DNA of 64,000 nt. It comes from an uncultured Burkholderiales bacterium. Its GTDB lineage: Bacteria; Pseudomonadota; Gammaproteobacteria; Burkholderiales; Burkholderiaceae_D. Below, piece by piece: positions 30,903-39,551 of this stretch; position 1 is the first letter of the stretch; each line of letters opens with the position of its first letter. The DNA is taken from positions 3,482 through 67,481 of the forward strand of contig CBIHON010000017.1 of NCBI GenBank assembly GCA_966211965.1. Direction: 5' to 3'. The translations under genes were made by a program, and so were the position numbers. The notes under the pieces are model-generated. The model worked only from the letters and a program-made list of their open reading frames with translations, made no database searches and had not been told where the DNA came from.

Positions 30903-33098
30903 TTAATTAGGATTCTTCGGCGTCTCGAACCCCGGCTTGAAGCTCGCCAGCAATCCGTGCAGCGCGCTCTGCTGCTGCGCCGTTCCTTCGCGTGCCACCT
31001 TTGCCAACAGCGCCGCCACGGTCAGATTCTGCAACTCGCCCGAAGACCCGCCCAGCGCCCCGATCATGCCGCGGATATCGTTCACCATGTCGCGCTCGCC
31101 GCTCAAATGGTCCTTCAGGCCGATTTGCAAGGTCTTGCTCTTGTCGATCGTCGCATCGATTCCTTTGCCAAGCGAAAGGGCATTGACGAAGCGCTCGAAA
31201 TAATCGCCTTCGCCGCCGACGATATCGATCTTGGCATTTTGCAGGGCTTTGCCCAGCACTTCGGCCTGGTCCTTGGCGATATGGGTTTGCGCATCGATGC
31301 CCTTGATGATCTGCTGGTTGCCCATCTCCAGCTGCATACGGAATTCCTCGTGCGCGCGGGTGTCGGCACTCATCGCCGACATCGCTTCGAACTTCTGCGC
31401 CAAGCCCTTCGATTCGGCTTCGTAACGCGCCTGGATCACATGCGCTTCGGCATCGCCGTGCGTGGCCGTGGCGTTGGCGTCGGCTGCCTTGACCGCAGCC
31501 GCTGCCAGTCCCATCTGCTCGGTTCCCTGTGCTTCGGCCTGCATGTGCAGGCGCAGCGCTTCGGCCTCGGCCGCGCCTTGCTTGGCGGTGGCTTCAGCGC
31601 CGGCGATGCGCACTTGCGCTTCGGCCATGCCCAGTTGTTCCTTGCCTTTGGCTTCGGCTTCCATTTGCATGCGCGTCGATTCCGCCTGCGCCGCGCCCTG
31701 TTTCAGGATCGCTTCGGATGCGGCGATCTTCACCTTCGCATCGGCCATGCCTGGGGCGGCAAGTTCCGCTTCACGGCCTTCGGCTTCGCGCTTTTTCGCT
31801 TCGGCGGCTTTTTCCGCGACTTTCAGGCGTGCTTCGGCCAGCGTCAGTTCCTGGGCGGATTTGTGCTTGGCTGAGCGCTCTTCCGCTTCGGCGGCCTTGA
31901 CGGTCAACACCATTTTTTCTTCAGCGGCGGCTTCGGCGGTGATCACCACGGATTTTTTCTGACGGTCGGCTTCGGCCACCACGCGCACTTCCTTGATTGC
32001 TTCTTCCTGCTCCGCCACCGTGCGTTCGACCACGATGCGCTCGCGGATCACGTCGGCGATCGCTTTTTTCTGGACTTCGATTGCTCTTTCCTTGTCGATG
32101 TTCTGCAGCGCGACTTCCTTCTCGCGATCGACGATTTCCAACTGCCGGGCACGCGTCACGCGTTCTTCCTCGATCGCCACCGCGCGCTTGCGGTTGTTTT
32201 CCGCCACTTCTTTTTCGCGCGTGGTGTTTTCCTGTTGCACCATCACCAGCTGCTCGGCCTGCAAGCGGGCCAGTTCGGCTTTGGCGTGTTCTTCCGCTTG
32301 CACTCTTTGCGTCTCGGCTTGTTCGCGTGCACGCACCGAACTCACTTCACGGCTCTGGCGCGACTCCGCATCGGCTTGCTGGCGCTCCAGCTCCAGGATC
32401 GCTTCCCGCGTTTCCACGTTCTTTTTCTTGATGCGCATTTCTTCATCGCGCTTCAGTTCATTGGTGCGGATGTTCTCAATCGCGGTCAGTTCGGTGATTT
32501 TCTTGATGCCCTGGGCGTCGAGAATATTGTGGCCGTCGAGCTTGTCCAGCGGCGTCTGCTCGATGTAATCGATCGCCGCGTCTTCCAGCACGTAGCCCGA
32601 CAAGTCGTCGCCGATCTGGCGGATGATATTGTCGCGGAAGCGGTCGCGCGCCTGGTACAGTTCGACGAAATCCATCGATTTGCCGACGGTTTTCAGCGCC
32701 TCTGCAAACTTGGCGGAGAACAGGCTTTCCAGTGTTTCCTGGTTCGACGCGCGTTCGCAGCCGACCGCCTGCGCTACCTTCAGCACGTCTTCCGTAGTCT
32801 TGTTCACACGCAGGAAGAAGGTGACCTTGATGTCGGCCCGGATATTGTCCTGGCAGATCAGTCCGTCCTTGCCGAGACGGGCGATCTCGATGGTCTTGAG
32901 CGAGATTTCCATCAGTTCCATCTTGTGGATGATGGGATAGACCATGCCGCCGGTGAAAGTGACGTCGGGGTCGGCGCGCAGGGTGTTGATGATCATCGCG
33001 TGTCCTTGTTCCACCTTGTGGTAGAACTTGGCAAACATCGCCAATGCGCCCAATAGCATAACGGTGCCAATGCCGATTGCGATCAACATGATGTCCAT
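30903..33098 (-). CDS. Flotillin / SPFH (band-7) family protein, YqiK-like, with an extended Ala/Glu/Lys-rich repeat region
   Basis: 731 aa with an N-terminal TM segment, an SPFH domain (LKTIEIARLG...IRADIKVTFFLRV) and a long EA-rich coiled coil carrying about 37-aa tandem repeats (AKQGAAEAE...). Confidence 0.85.
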   Translation of the reverse strand: MDIMLIAIGIGTVMLLGALAMFAKFYHKVEQGHAMIINTLRADPDVTFTGGMVYPIIHKMELMEISLKTIEIARLGKDGLICQDNIRADIKVTFFLRVNKTTEDVLKVAQAVGCERASNQETLESLFSAKFAEALKTVGKSMDFVELYQARDRFRDNIIRQIGDDLSGYVLEDAAIDYIEQTPLDKLDGHNILDAQGIKKITELTAIENIRTNELKRDEEMRIKKKNVETREAILELERQQADAESRQSREVSSVRAREQAETQRVQAEEHAKAELARLQAEQLVMVQQENTTREKEVAENNRKRAVAIEEERVTRARQLEIVDREKEVALQNIDKERAIEVQKKAIADVIRERIVVERTVAEQEEAIKEVRVVAEADRQKKSVVITAEAAAEEKMVLTVKAAEAEERSAKHKSAQELTLAEARLKVAEKAAEAKKREAEGREAELAAPGMADAKVKIAASEAILKQGAAQAESTRMQMEAEAKGKEQLGMAEAQVRIAGAEATAKQGAAEAEALRLHMQAEAQGTEQMGLAAAAVKAADANATATHGDAEAHVIQARYEAESKGLAQKFEAMSAMSADTRAHEEFRMQLEMGNQQIIKGIDAQTHIAKDQAEVLGKALQNAKIDIVGGEGDYFERFVNALSLGKGIDATIDKSKTLQIGLKDHLSGERDMVNDIRGMIGALGGSSGELQNLTVAALLAKVAREGTAQQQSALHGLLASFKPGFETPKNPN
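31500..31760. repeat. Intragenic tandem DNA repeats (~110-bp period) encoding the flotillin EA-rich repeats
   Basis: Reiterated gcttcggcc...gcgcttcggc...gcgccgcgcc blocks correspond to the repeated MAEAQVRIAGAEATAKQGAAEAE peptide units. Confidence 0.5.
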
Positions 33099-33131
33099 GG
33101 ATTTCCTTGTCTGTCTTGATGTAAAGGCGTG

Positions 33132-33806
33132 TTAGAGAGCGGGAGGTAGAGCTTGCACTTCGTACTGCTGGCTGGTCTCGTCATAGCTCAGAATGACGGC
33201 CAGGGAATTTTTTGTAAGGGTGTTCGGCGTTCTGGCCCAGACCCGGATGTTCAAACCGGCGCCGCGGTCTTCCACTTCGGCGCGGCCGAATTTTTCATCG
33301 ACGGTTTGCGTGACGATCTTGCAGCGCAAGCCGACCAGGCTGCTGTTGTTGCGCGCATGATGTTTGACGAACAAACCGCGCATCGGCCTGATCAATAGCG
33401 CGGACAGCGGAATCGAGAGCGCGCCGGAGGCCAGCAACGCGCCGGTGCCGAACAGCATTTGCAGCGAGGTCGTGGGGACATAGGCGAGGAAATATTCATG
33501 CAGCAGGGCGGTTGCCAGCCAGGTAAAAAATACCAGCAAACTGGCGACGATCGAAAACGGCACGCCGCCCAAACCCATCGCGACCAGATAGCCGGCCAGC
33601 GTATGGACGTCGGTCCCATCGTGATGCACCTCCACATGATGATGATGCCCGGCATCCCAATGCCAGCCATCGCCGCCGTCGATTTCAAGGTTGTCGCCGA
33701 GATCGACCAGGCCGACAATCGACAACAGCCAGTAAATCAACAGGATGCCGAGCAAGACGCTCGGGACTACCGTGGGGAAACTGCTCAGAATCTGCCATGT
33801 GGACAT
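33132..33806 (-). CDS. NfeD/YqiJ-like inner-membrane protein with a C-terminal OB-fold, partner of the flotillin
   Basis: 224 aa with an N-terminal TM, an unusual His-rich stretch (WHWDAGHHHHVEVHHDG), further TM helices and a C-terminal soluble beta domain (VGLRCKIVTQTVDEKFGRAEV). It sits immediately upstream of the flotillin, as in E. coli yqiJ-yqiK. Confidence 0.7.
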   Translation of the reverse strand: MSTWQILSSFPTVVPSVLLGILLIYWLLSIVGLVDLGDNLEIDGGDGWHWDAGHHHHVEVHHDGTDVHTLAGYLVAMGLGGVPFSIVASLLVFFTWLATALLHEYFLAYVPTTSLQMLFGTGALLASGALSIPLSALLIRPMRGLFVKHHARNNSSLVGLRCKIVTQTVDEKFGRAEVEDRGAGLNIRVWARTPNTLTKNSLAVILSYDETSQQYEVQALPPAL

Positions 33807-33858
33807 CTATTTATTCCTCGCCATATTTTGTTTTGTGGTCGTTCGCTGGCGGCTTTTT

Positions 33859-34209
33859 TTACTTATTGTGCGGCGCTTGTTTCTTTGCAAAGTCTATCAG
33901 TTTCTTGTGTAAAGCTTCCTTGATTCCCCGTTTGTCTTCGGCATCAATGCCGAAACGCTCCGCCAGCAGCGCATAATCAGCATCGCTCAGGCTCACCGTC
34001 AAGCGCGGCCGTACCGGCTTGCTGGTGCAAGGCAAACCGAGAATCTTGCGGATCTGGTCCGAGGGCGAGATTTGGTTTTCGAACGCAGCATAACGTACTG
34101 CATCGATCACCTGCTTCTCGACGTCGAAGGCAACCTGTATAGCGCGCAAGGCGGCGTCTGAGCTGGACCATCGGGATGAACTGCGCACCATGGATTCTGT
34201 CTTTCTCAA
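33859..34209 (-). CDS. Small hypothetical protein, translationally coupled to the PspA-like gene
   Basis: 116-aa ORF whose start overlaps the PspA-like stop (ATGA at 34206-34209). No family was recognised. Confidence 0.45.
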   Translation of the reverse strand: MRKTESMVRSSSRWSSSDAALRAIQVAFDVEKQVIDAVRYAAFENQISPSDQIRKILGLPCTSKPVRPRLTVSLSDADYALLAERFGIDAEDKRGIKEALHKKLIDFAKKQAPHNK

Positions 34210-34922
34210 CTCGCGCTTTTTTCATCGGGCGCTGCATGCAGGCGTGCTTGCAGCCGCGCCATCACATCGGCCTTGCGGTTCACGTTTTCGCCGATGCCGG
34301 CGGCGGCCAGCTTGTTTTCGAGCGCCTTGTTGCCGAACTCGCCATCCAGCACTTCGGCCGCCTGCATGCGGTCCGCCATATCCTGATGGCGCTGCTTGAT
34401 GCGCTCCAGCGATTCCTTGGCGCTCATCAATTTGGATCCGCTCGCGCCCATGCTTTGCGAAATCGTCGCGGTCGCCTTGTACACGCTCTCGGTGGTCTTG
34501 GCCATGGTCAGTTGCCGTTCATGTTCGCGCAGGGTGGCCTCGGCATTGCGGATCAATTCTTTCAAGCGCAGGATGTGCGCCGTGAATTCGGCGCGCGCCG
34601 CCGTCTGTTCGGCAAGCGCGGTTTCCAGATCGGCCACCTTGGCCGCGACTTCCTCGGCCAAGGCGGTCTGGTTCTTTTGCAGGGCTTGCATGGCCATGTC
34701 TTCGAATCTGCGTATTTCCGCCTGCAAGCGTTCGATCTCGCGGCCGGCCTGCATTTCCTTCGCCATGACCGCGGTCAAGTCTTGCTTGGCGTTGGCCACA
34801 TGGGCCTTGGCTTCGACGATTTCCTGCTCGTAGATGCCGGCGGCATTGCTATCGACTACGCTCTGGCCGATCTCGCGCAGGTTACCGCGCAACATCGTCA
34901 AAATTTTGGAAAAGACAGCCAT
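34206..34922 (-). CDS. PspA/IM30 (Vipp1, ESCRT-III-like) family protein, YjfJ-like
   Basis: 238 aa beginning MAVFSKILTMLRGNLREIG..., with a fully helical, heptad-rich PspA_IM30-type sequence. Confidence 0.8.
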   Translation of the reverse strand: MAVFSKILTMLRGNLREIGQSVVDSNAAGIYEQEIVEAKAHVANAKQDLTAVMAKEMQAGREIERLQAEIRRFEDMAMQALQKNQTALAEEVAAKVADLETALAEQTAARAEFTAHILRLKELIRNAEATLREHERQLTMAKTTESVYKATATISQSMGASGSKLMSAKESLERIKQRHQDMADRMQAAEVLDGEFGNKALENKLAAAGIGENVNRKADVMARLQARLHAAPDEKSAS

Positions 34923-34932
34923 GATGCTCTCC

Positions 34933-35361
34933 TTATTTCAGAAATTCAGTGAACACTTCCAAGGCTTCGATGGCATTGTCGGCTACCATCGCCACATCGG
35001 TCGCGATATCTTCGACCCGCGAATCGTGGGCCAGCGAGCCATAAATCACATAGTGCCGGCCAATGCGGCCGAAGTCGGAAAGAGGAATGGAAATATTCAA
35101 GTCGATCATCGCCTCCAGCATCTCGGCACGGCGTTCCGGTTTGATTTCATCTTCGGTCCAGAGATAGCAGATGCAGAGGACCTGCGTCGGCGAGATCGTC
35201 ACGAATACCGGCAGTTCTTCCTGGCCTTCGATACTGATGCGCATCACGGGGACGCCGCCCGGTTCGGTCGCGGGCAGCAGGCTGCTGCTGACGCCGATCG
35301 ATCCCAGGCGCTGGGACAACGCTGTTTCAATCCCAAGCAATTGGCGCATTGTTTCTTCCAT
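34933..35361 (-). CDS. First gene of the operon; possible YjfI-like (DUF2170) protein
   Basis: ORF 34933..35421. The internal ATG at 35361 is preceded by the perfect RBS AAGGAGGAACC-ATG. Family assignment is tentative and rests on adjacency to the YjfJ-like PspA homologue. Confidence 0.5.
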   Translation of the reverse strand: MEETMRQLLGIETALSQRLGSIGVSSSLLPATEPGGVPVMRISIEGQEELPVFVTISPTQVLCICYLWTEDEIKPERRAEMLEAMIDLNISIPLSDFGRIGRHYVIYGSLAHDSRVEDIATDVAMVADNAIEALEVFTEFLK

Positions 35362-35416
35362 GGTTCCTCCTTGCGTGGCGCTGCTGGTTTTTGTATTCGT
35401 TGAGGTAGTCGGCGAA

Positions 35417-35457
35417 GACATATTATGTCAAAGTATAAGTGTCCGACATAAAATGTC
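35417..35457. promoter_or_regulatory. Promoter of the seven-gene operon with two 13-bp operator palindromes (GACATATTATGTC and GACATAAAATGTC)
   Basis: Read on the minus strand the sequence is TTGACA-N16-TATACT. The -35 element lies inside palindrome 2 (35445-35457) and palindrome 1 (35417-35429) covers the predicted transcription start. The palindromes are about 28 bp apart centre to centre. Confidence 0.55.
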
Positions 35458-35630
35458 AAGGTGTTGAAAAAGTGCAATTCATGCCTTGTTGCGGCAATCA
35501 AATAAAAATGATCTGGTTCAAAGCATGAGATTTTTTGGATTCCCCGTTTTATCATCACACGCTTCTTTCCATTTCCCATCGAATGCGGCAGTGCGCCGAC
35601 ATCATCCTTGTCATCAATTGAAAGCCGCGG

Positions 35631-36074
35631 ATGCGCCTGTGGTCAATCCATCCCAAATATCTGGACCCGACGGGCTTGGTCGCCTTGTGGCGTGAGAGTC
35701 TCCTGGCGCAGAAGGTCTTGCTTGGCCAGACCAGGGGATATAAGTTCCATCCTCAATTGCAGAGGTTTCATGCATGCCCCGACCCTGTTCTGACGATCGG
35801 CTGCTACCTGAATGAAATATTGAAAGAGGCGGATCGGCGCGGCTACCGGTTTGACAGGTCGAAAGTCGTACGCTCCGGGGCCTGCGGGAAATTGAAAGTC
35901 CACAGAGGACAGGTCGATTATGAGTGGGAATTGATACTCGGAAGGTTGGAGCGCAGGGCGCCAAACGTGTATGCCATGCATAAAATGCTTGTCAGTCCCA
36001 GGCCGCATCCGTTGTTTCAAATCGTGCCTGGCGGAATTGAAGACTGGGAGCGCATTCAAGCGCGATACGCTTGA
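35631..36074 (+). CDS. Pyrimidine-dimer DNA glycosylase family protein (Pyr_excise-like)
   Basis: 147 aa beginning MRLWSIHPKYLDPTGLVALWRE, the hallmark N-terminus of this family. Confidence 0.8.
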   Translation: MRLWSIHPKYLDPTGLVALWRESLLAQKVLLGQTRGYKFHPQLQRFHACPDPVLTIGCYLNEILKEADRRGYRFDRSKVVRSGACGKLKVHRGQVDYEWELILGRLERRAPNVYAMHKMLVSPRPHPLFQIVPGGIEDWERIQARYA

Positions 36075-36107
36075 GGTTGATGGCGGCTCGGCATTTTGGG
36101 CGACCGG

Positions 36108-36302
36108 TTATTTTTTCGACGGCTGTTGCGCCACCTGCGCTCGAATGCTCTCAAGTTCGGCATCGCAAGCCAATTCAATTTCCTGATCGCCTTTTACCAA
36201 GGCGAATACCTGGATCGCATGGATCAGGTTGCTTTTGTAATGCAATTCCTTGACGGTGTCGTAGCCGAGGGCGTCAAGTACAAGTTGGAGCCGTGCATGC
36301 AT
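36108..36302 (-). CDS. Possible small hypothetical protein (64 aa)
   Basis: ORF in a locally lower-GC intergenic stretch with no recognisable family; it could be spurious. Confidence 0.25.
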   Translation of the reverse strand: MHARLQLVLDALGYDTVKELHYKSNLIHAIQVFALVKGDQEIELACDAELESIRAQVAQQPSKK

Positions 36303-36455
36303 GGTCAGGGCCTTTCCGGCGCAGTCTTGGCTTGGAGGCAGGCCTGGATTTTCGGTTCCGGCTTCCAGCAGCTTCCAAATACGCTCATGTTTTCCGTTGT
36401 CTCGGGTGGATTGACGTTGCCTTGCAAGGATAGCAGAGCCGGAAACGGCGGCTCG

Positions 36456-37160
36456 TCAGCTTCGTCCTGTCACAGGGATTGCCGCACCGTGAATCGCACG
36501 CGCACCGTCGGACGCGAGGAAGACCAGCACGTCGGCCAAAGCTTCGGGCGCGACCCAACGGCTGGCATCGGCATTCGGCATGGCCGCGCGATTTTCCGGA
36601 GTGTCGATGATGCTCGGCAAGACGCAGTTGACATTGATGTTGTTGTCGCGCAGCTCGGCCGCCATGGCTTCGGTCAGGCGAATCACGGCGTCCTTTGCCG
36701 CACAGTAGGCGCCCATCCTGGCAACGCCTTTTTGCGCCGAGTTGGCGCCAATATTGATGATCTTGCCGCCGCCGGCTTCGAGCATGGCGGGCACTACCGC
36801 GCGCACTGCATGAAGCATGCTGCGCGCATTGATGTCGAACAGAAAGTTCCAATCCTGATCGGCAGTTTCATGTACCGGCGAACCCATGCGGAAACCGCCG
36901 GCGAGGTTGCATAGCACGTCGATCTTGCCGATGCGTTCGCCTGCTGTTTTGACGACGGCGCGGACTTGTTCTTGATCGAGCAGATTGGCCGGCGCGAACA
37001 GGCGTTGTGCATTTTCGGCGCCGAAGGCTTTTTCCAGGCTTTCCAAATGGAGGTCGACAAGCACGAGCCTGGCGCCGCGCGCTGCGAATGCTGCGGACAC
37101 GGCCCGGCCAAGATTGCCGCTGGCGCCTGTCACCATGACGGTCTGGTTGTTGAAATTCAT
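36456..37160 (-). CDS. Short-chain dehydrogenase/reductase (SDR) family oxidoreductase
   Basis: ORF 36456..37247. The internal start is MNFNNQTVMVTGASGNLG (TGxxxGxG Rossmann), with NLAG and the YxxxK catalytic motif (MGAYCAAK). Confidence 0.8.
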   Translation of the reverse strand: MNFNNQTVMVTGASGNLGRAVSAAFAARGARLVLVDLHLESLEKAFGAENAQRLFAPANLLDQEQVRAVVKTAGERIGKIDVLCNLAGGFRMGSPVHETADQDWNFLFDINARSMLHAVRAVVPAMLEAGGGKIINIGANSAQKGVARMGAYCAAKDAVIRLTEAMAAELRDNNINVNCVLPSIIDTPENRAAMPNADASRWVAPEALADVLVFLASDGARAIHGAAIPVTGRS

Positions 37161-37200
37161 GGGATATCCTTGTTGATTGAAGGTTACTGGAATGATCGTA

Positions 37201-37503
37201 TCAATTGGCGGCAAACCGTGCGAAGCAGGCGTCCACGTAACGCGCAAGATCGATGTCGCGCTGCGTCAGGCCGTTTGCGTCGTGCGTGGTCAGCGTGATG
37301 GCGACCTTGTTGTAGACGTTCGACCATTCCGGATGATGGTTGCATTTTTCCGCGGCCAGCGCTATCTGCGTCATGAAGGAAAATGCCTGGGCAAAATCGG
37401 CGAAGACAAACTCGCGGCTGATCGCATTGCGCTGCGCGTCATGGCGCCAGGCCGCCAGCGTGGCCAGGAGGGTTGCGGCAAGTTCGGGTTCAAGTTTTTT
37501 CAT
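37201..37503 (-). CDS. phhB: Pterin-4a-carbinolamine dehydratase
   Basis: 100 aa containing the conserved (E/D)-x-HHP signature ([20 protein letters not shown]). Confidence 0.85.
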   Translation of the reverse strand: MKKLEPELAATLLATLAAWRHDAQRNAISREFVFADFAQAFSFMTQIALAAEKCNHHPEWSNVYNKVAITLTTHDANGLTQRDIDLARYVDACFARFAAN

Positions 37504-37512
37504 TTGGTGTCC

Positions 37513-38703
37513 TCATAGTACTTTGGCGATGGCGTCTGCGGCGGGCGCAATCGTTTCCTGCGTCAGCGCCGCCAGGCAAATACGGCCGGAGCCGACCAGG
37601 TAGACCGCAAATTCTTCGCGCAGGATGCGGACTTGCTCGGGACTCAGGCCGGTAAAACTGAACATGCCTTTTTGCGTGATGAGGTAGTCGAAGTTCCGCC
37701 CCGGCTTTTTCTCGCATAGCGCTGCATGCAGGCCTTCCCGCATCGCTTTTATCCGGCCGCGCATGGCAGTCAATTCATCGGTCCAAGCCGTGCGCAATGC
37801 AGGGCTGCCGAGCACGGACGACACGATGCGCCCGCCGTGGGTAGCCGGGCTCGAATAATTGCGCCGGATCGTCGACTTCAATTGTCCCAGTACCGTATCC
37901 GCCTGGCATGCGTCCGGGCACACCACGCTCAATGATCCACAGCGCTCGCCGTACAGGGAAAAATTCTTCGAAAAGGAACTGGCGACCAGGAAGCAGAGGC
38001 CTTCCGCTGCGAAGTGGCGCATTGCAAATGCATCTTCCTCGATGCCGTCGCCGAATCCCTGGTAGGCAATGTCGAAGAAGGGGATTAATTTTTGCTTGCG
38101 GATGAGTGTCGCGAGTTCGCGCCATTGTTGTTCGCTGAGGTCGGCGCCGGTCGGATTATGGCAGCATGCATGCAGCAAGACGATATCGCCTTCGGGAATC
38201 GCCTGGAACGCGGCCAGCATCGCCGCAAAGTCCACGTGCCGGGTTTCCGCGCAATAGTAGGGATAGCTGTTGACCGTAAACCCGGCGCCGGAAAAAATTG
38301 CCCGATGATTGTCCCAACTGGGATCGCTGATCCAGATCCGGGCATTGCCGAACCAGGTTTTCAAGAAATCGGCGCCGACCCGCAATGCGCCGGAACCGCC
38401 TATGGTCTGCACAGTGGCGATGCGTTGTGCGGCGACTGCATCGTGTTCTTCACCGAACACCAGATGCTGGACCTCCTTCCGGTACGCAGGCGCACCTTCC
38501 ATCGGCAAGTAAGGACGGGCACCGGGCGACTCGAGCAGGGCCGCTTCGGCTGTGAGGACGGAGCGCAGCATCGGAAGTTGCCCCGCAGCGTCGAGATAGA
38601 CGCCGATGCTCAGGTTGACTTTCCCGGCGCGTGCATCGTTTTTGAAATCTTCGTTCAGCGTGAGAATTGGATCGCCGGGGTAGGCGTCGATGTGTTGGAA
38701 CAT
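37513..38703 (-). CDS. tyrB: Aromatic-amino-acid / aspartate aminotransferase (TyrB/AspC class I)
   Basis: ORF 37513..38904. The internal start is MFQHIDAYPGDPIL (compare the E. coli MFENITAAPADPIL). The PLP lysine lies in SFSKNFSLYGERCG. The product is about 397 aa. Confidence 0.85.
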   Translation of the reverse strand: MFQHIDAYPGDPILTLNEDFKNDARAGKVNLSIGVYLDAAGQLPMLRSVLTAEAALLESPGARPYLPMEGAPAYRKEVQHLVFGEEHDAVAAQRIATVQTIGGSGALRVGADFLKTWFGNARIWISDPSWDNHRAIFSGAGFTVNSYPYYCAETRHVDFAAMLAAFQAIPEGDIVLLHACCHNPTGADLSEQQWRELATLIRKQKLIPFFDIAYQGFGDGIEEDAFAMRHFAAEGLCFLVASSFSKNFSLYGERCGSLSVVCPDACQADTVLGQLKSTIRRNYSSPATHGGRIVSSVLGSPALRTAWTDELTAMRGRIKAMREGLHAALCEKKPGRNFDYLITQKGMFSFTGLSPEQVRILREEFAVYLVGSGRICLAALTQETIAPAADAIAKVL

Positions 38704-38868
38704 GGCAGTCCTTGTTTGTTGAAAAATCCGCCGGATGCTGCACGGCAGGTGCAAAGGGCACTTGGTAAAGTTTAGCGCGAGCGATGCGCAATTTGTGAGC
38801 GTTTTGCATGCATGTTTTGTTAATATGCGCACAAAATGTGCATGACTTTCTGATGGGGGGAGAAAAAT

Positions 38869-39387
38869 ATGTCCGCTATTACCGTTGACCGATTCGATTT
38901 GCAATTACTTGCGGCGCTGCAGCGTGATGGACATGTAACGAATAGTGCGCTCGGCGACAAAATTCATCTGTCGACCTCGCAGGTAAGCCGGCGTGTGCAA
39001 CGTTTGGAGGAAGCGGGCGTCATCGATCACTATGCTGCCATCCTGGAGCCGGCCGCGGTCGGCCTGGATGTCATCGCCTTTACCCAGGTAAGCCTGGATC
39101 GCCAGGGCGCGACGTCGAGCGACAAGTTCGAACGCGAGGTCGAGAAACTACCCGAGGTGCTGGAGTGCTTCGCACTGGCGGGCGAAGCCGACTACATGCT
39201 GCGCATCGTCGCGCCCGACCTGGCATCCCTGTCGGAATTCATGGCAAAGCAATTGCTGCGGATACCGGGTGTCACCAACGTCAAGTCCAATGTCACGCTG
39301 CGCAAAGTCAAGGCGACGCATGTGCTGCCGCTGGACCATGTCATGCGCGAGACAGAGAGCAAGAAGCGCATTCTTTTCTCGCAATAG
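38869..39387 (+). CDS. Lrp/AsnC-family transcriptional regulator
   Basis: 172 aa with an N-terminal HTH (LDRFDLQLLAALQRDGHVTNSALGDKIHLSTSQVSRRVQRLEEAGVI) and a RAM domain. It is divergent from tyrB-phhB, and CACAAAATGTG-type palindromes are present in the shared intergenic region. Confidence 0.85.
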   Translation: MSAITVDRFDLQLLAALQRDGHVTNSALGDKIHLSTSQVSRRVQRLEEAGVIDHYAAILEPAAVGLDVIAFTQVSLDRQGATSSDKFEREVEKLPEVLECFALAGEADYMLRIVAPDLASLSEFMAKQLLRIPGVTNVKSNVTLRKVKATHVLPLDHVMRETESKKRILFSQ

Positions 39388-39445
39388 GACGCAATAGGAT
39401 TTTGACGCGCGTCCAAGACTTGCGGCATGACCGTACAATGCTTGC

Positions 39446-39504
39446 CTAGAGCCTGTTATGAACTCAAGCAGAGGTCCCCTGCTTGAGTTCATAACAGGCT
39501 CTAG
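39446..39504. repeat. Perfect 26-bp-stem inverted repeat (8-nt loop) between the Lrp regulator and amn
   Basis: CTAGAGCCTGTTATGAACTCAAGCAG-aggtcccc-CTGCTTGAGTTCATAACAGGCTCTAG. No T-run follows the stem. Confidence 0.8.
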
Positions 39505-39551
39505 ACGCGGCCGCGACGGTCCTCGCGCCAACGAACTACAGGAGCCGTACT

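Noticed and set aside
31462-31962. Ala/Ser/Cys-rich plus-strand ORFs (166 and 123 aa) inside the flotillin gene
   Set aside because: These are reverse-frame products of the repetitive EA-rich flotillin coding repeats.
36096-36914. 272-aa plus-strand ORF
   Set aside because: Antisense to the SDR gene, which has clear Rossmann and catalytic motifs.
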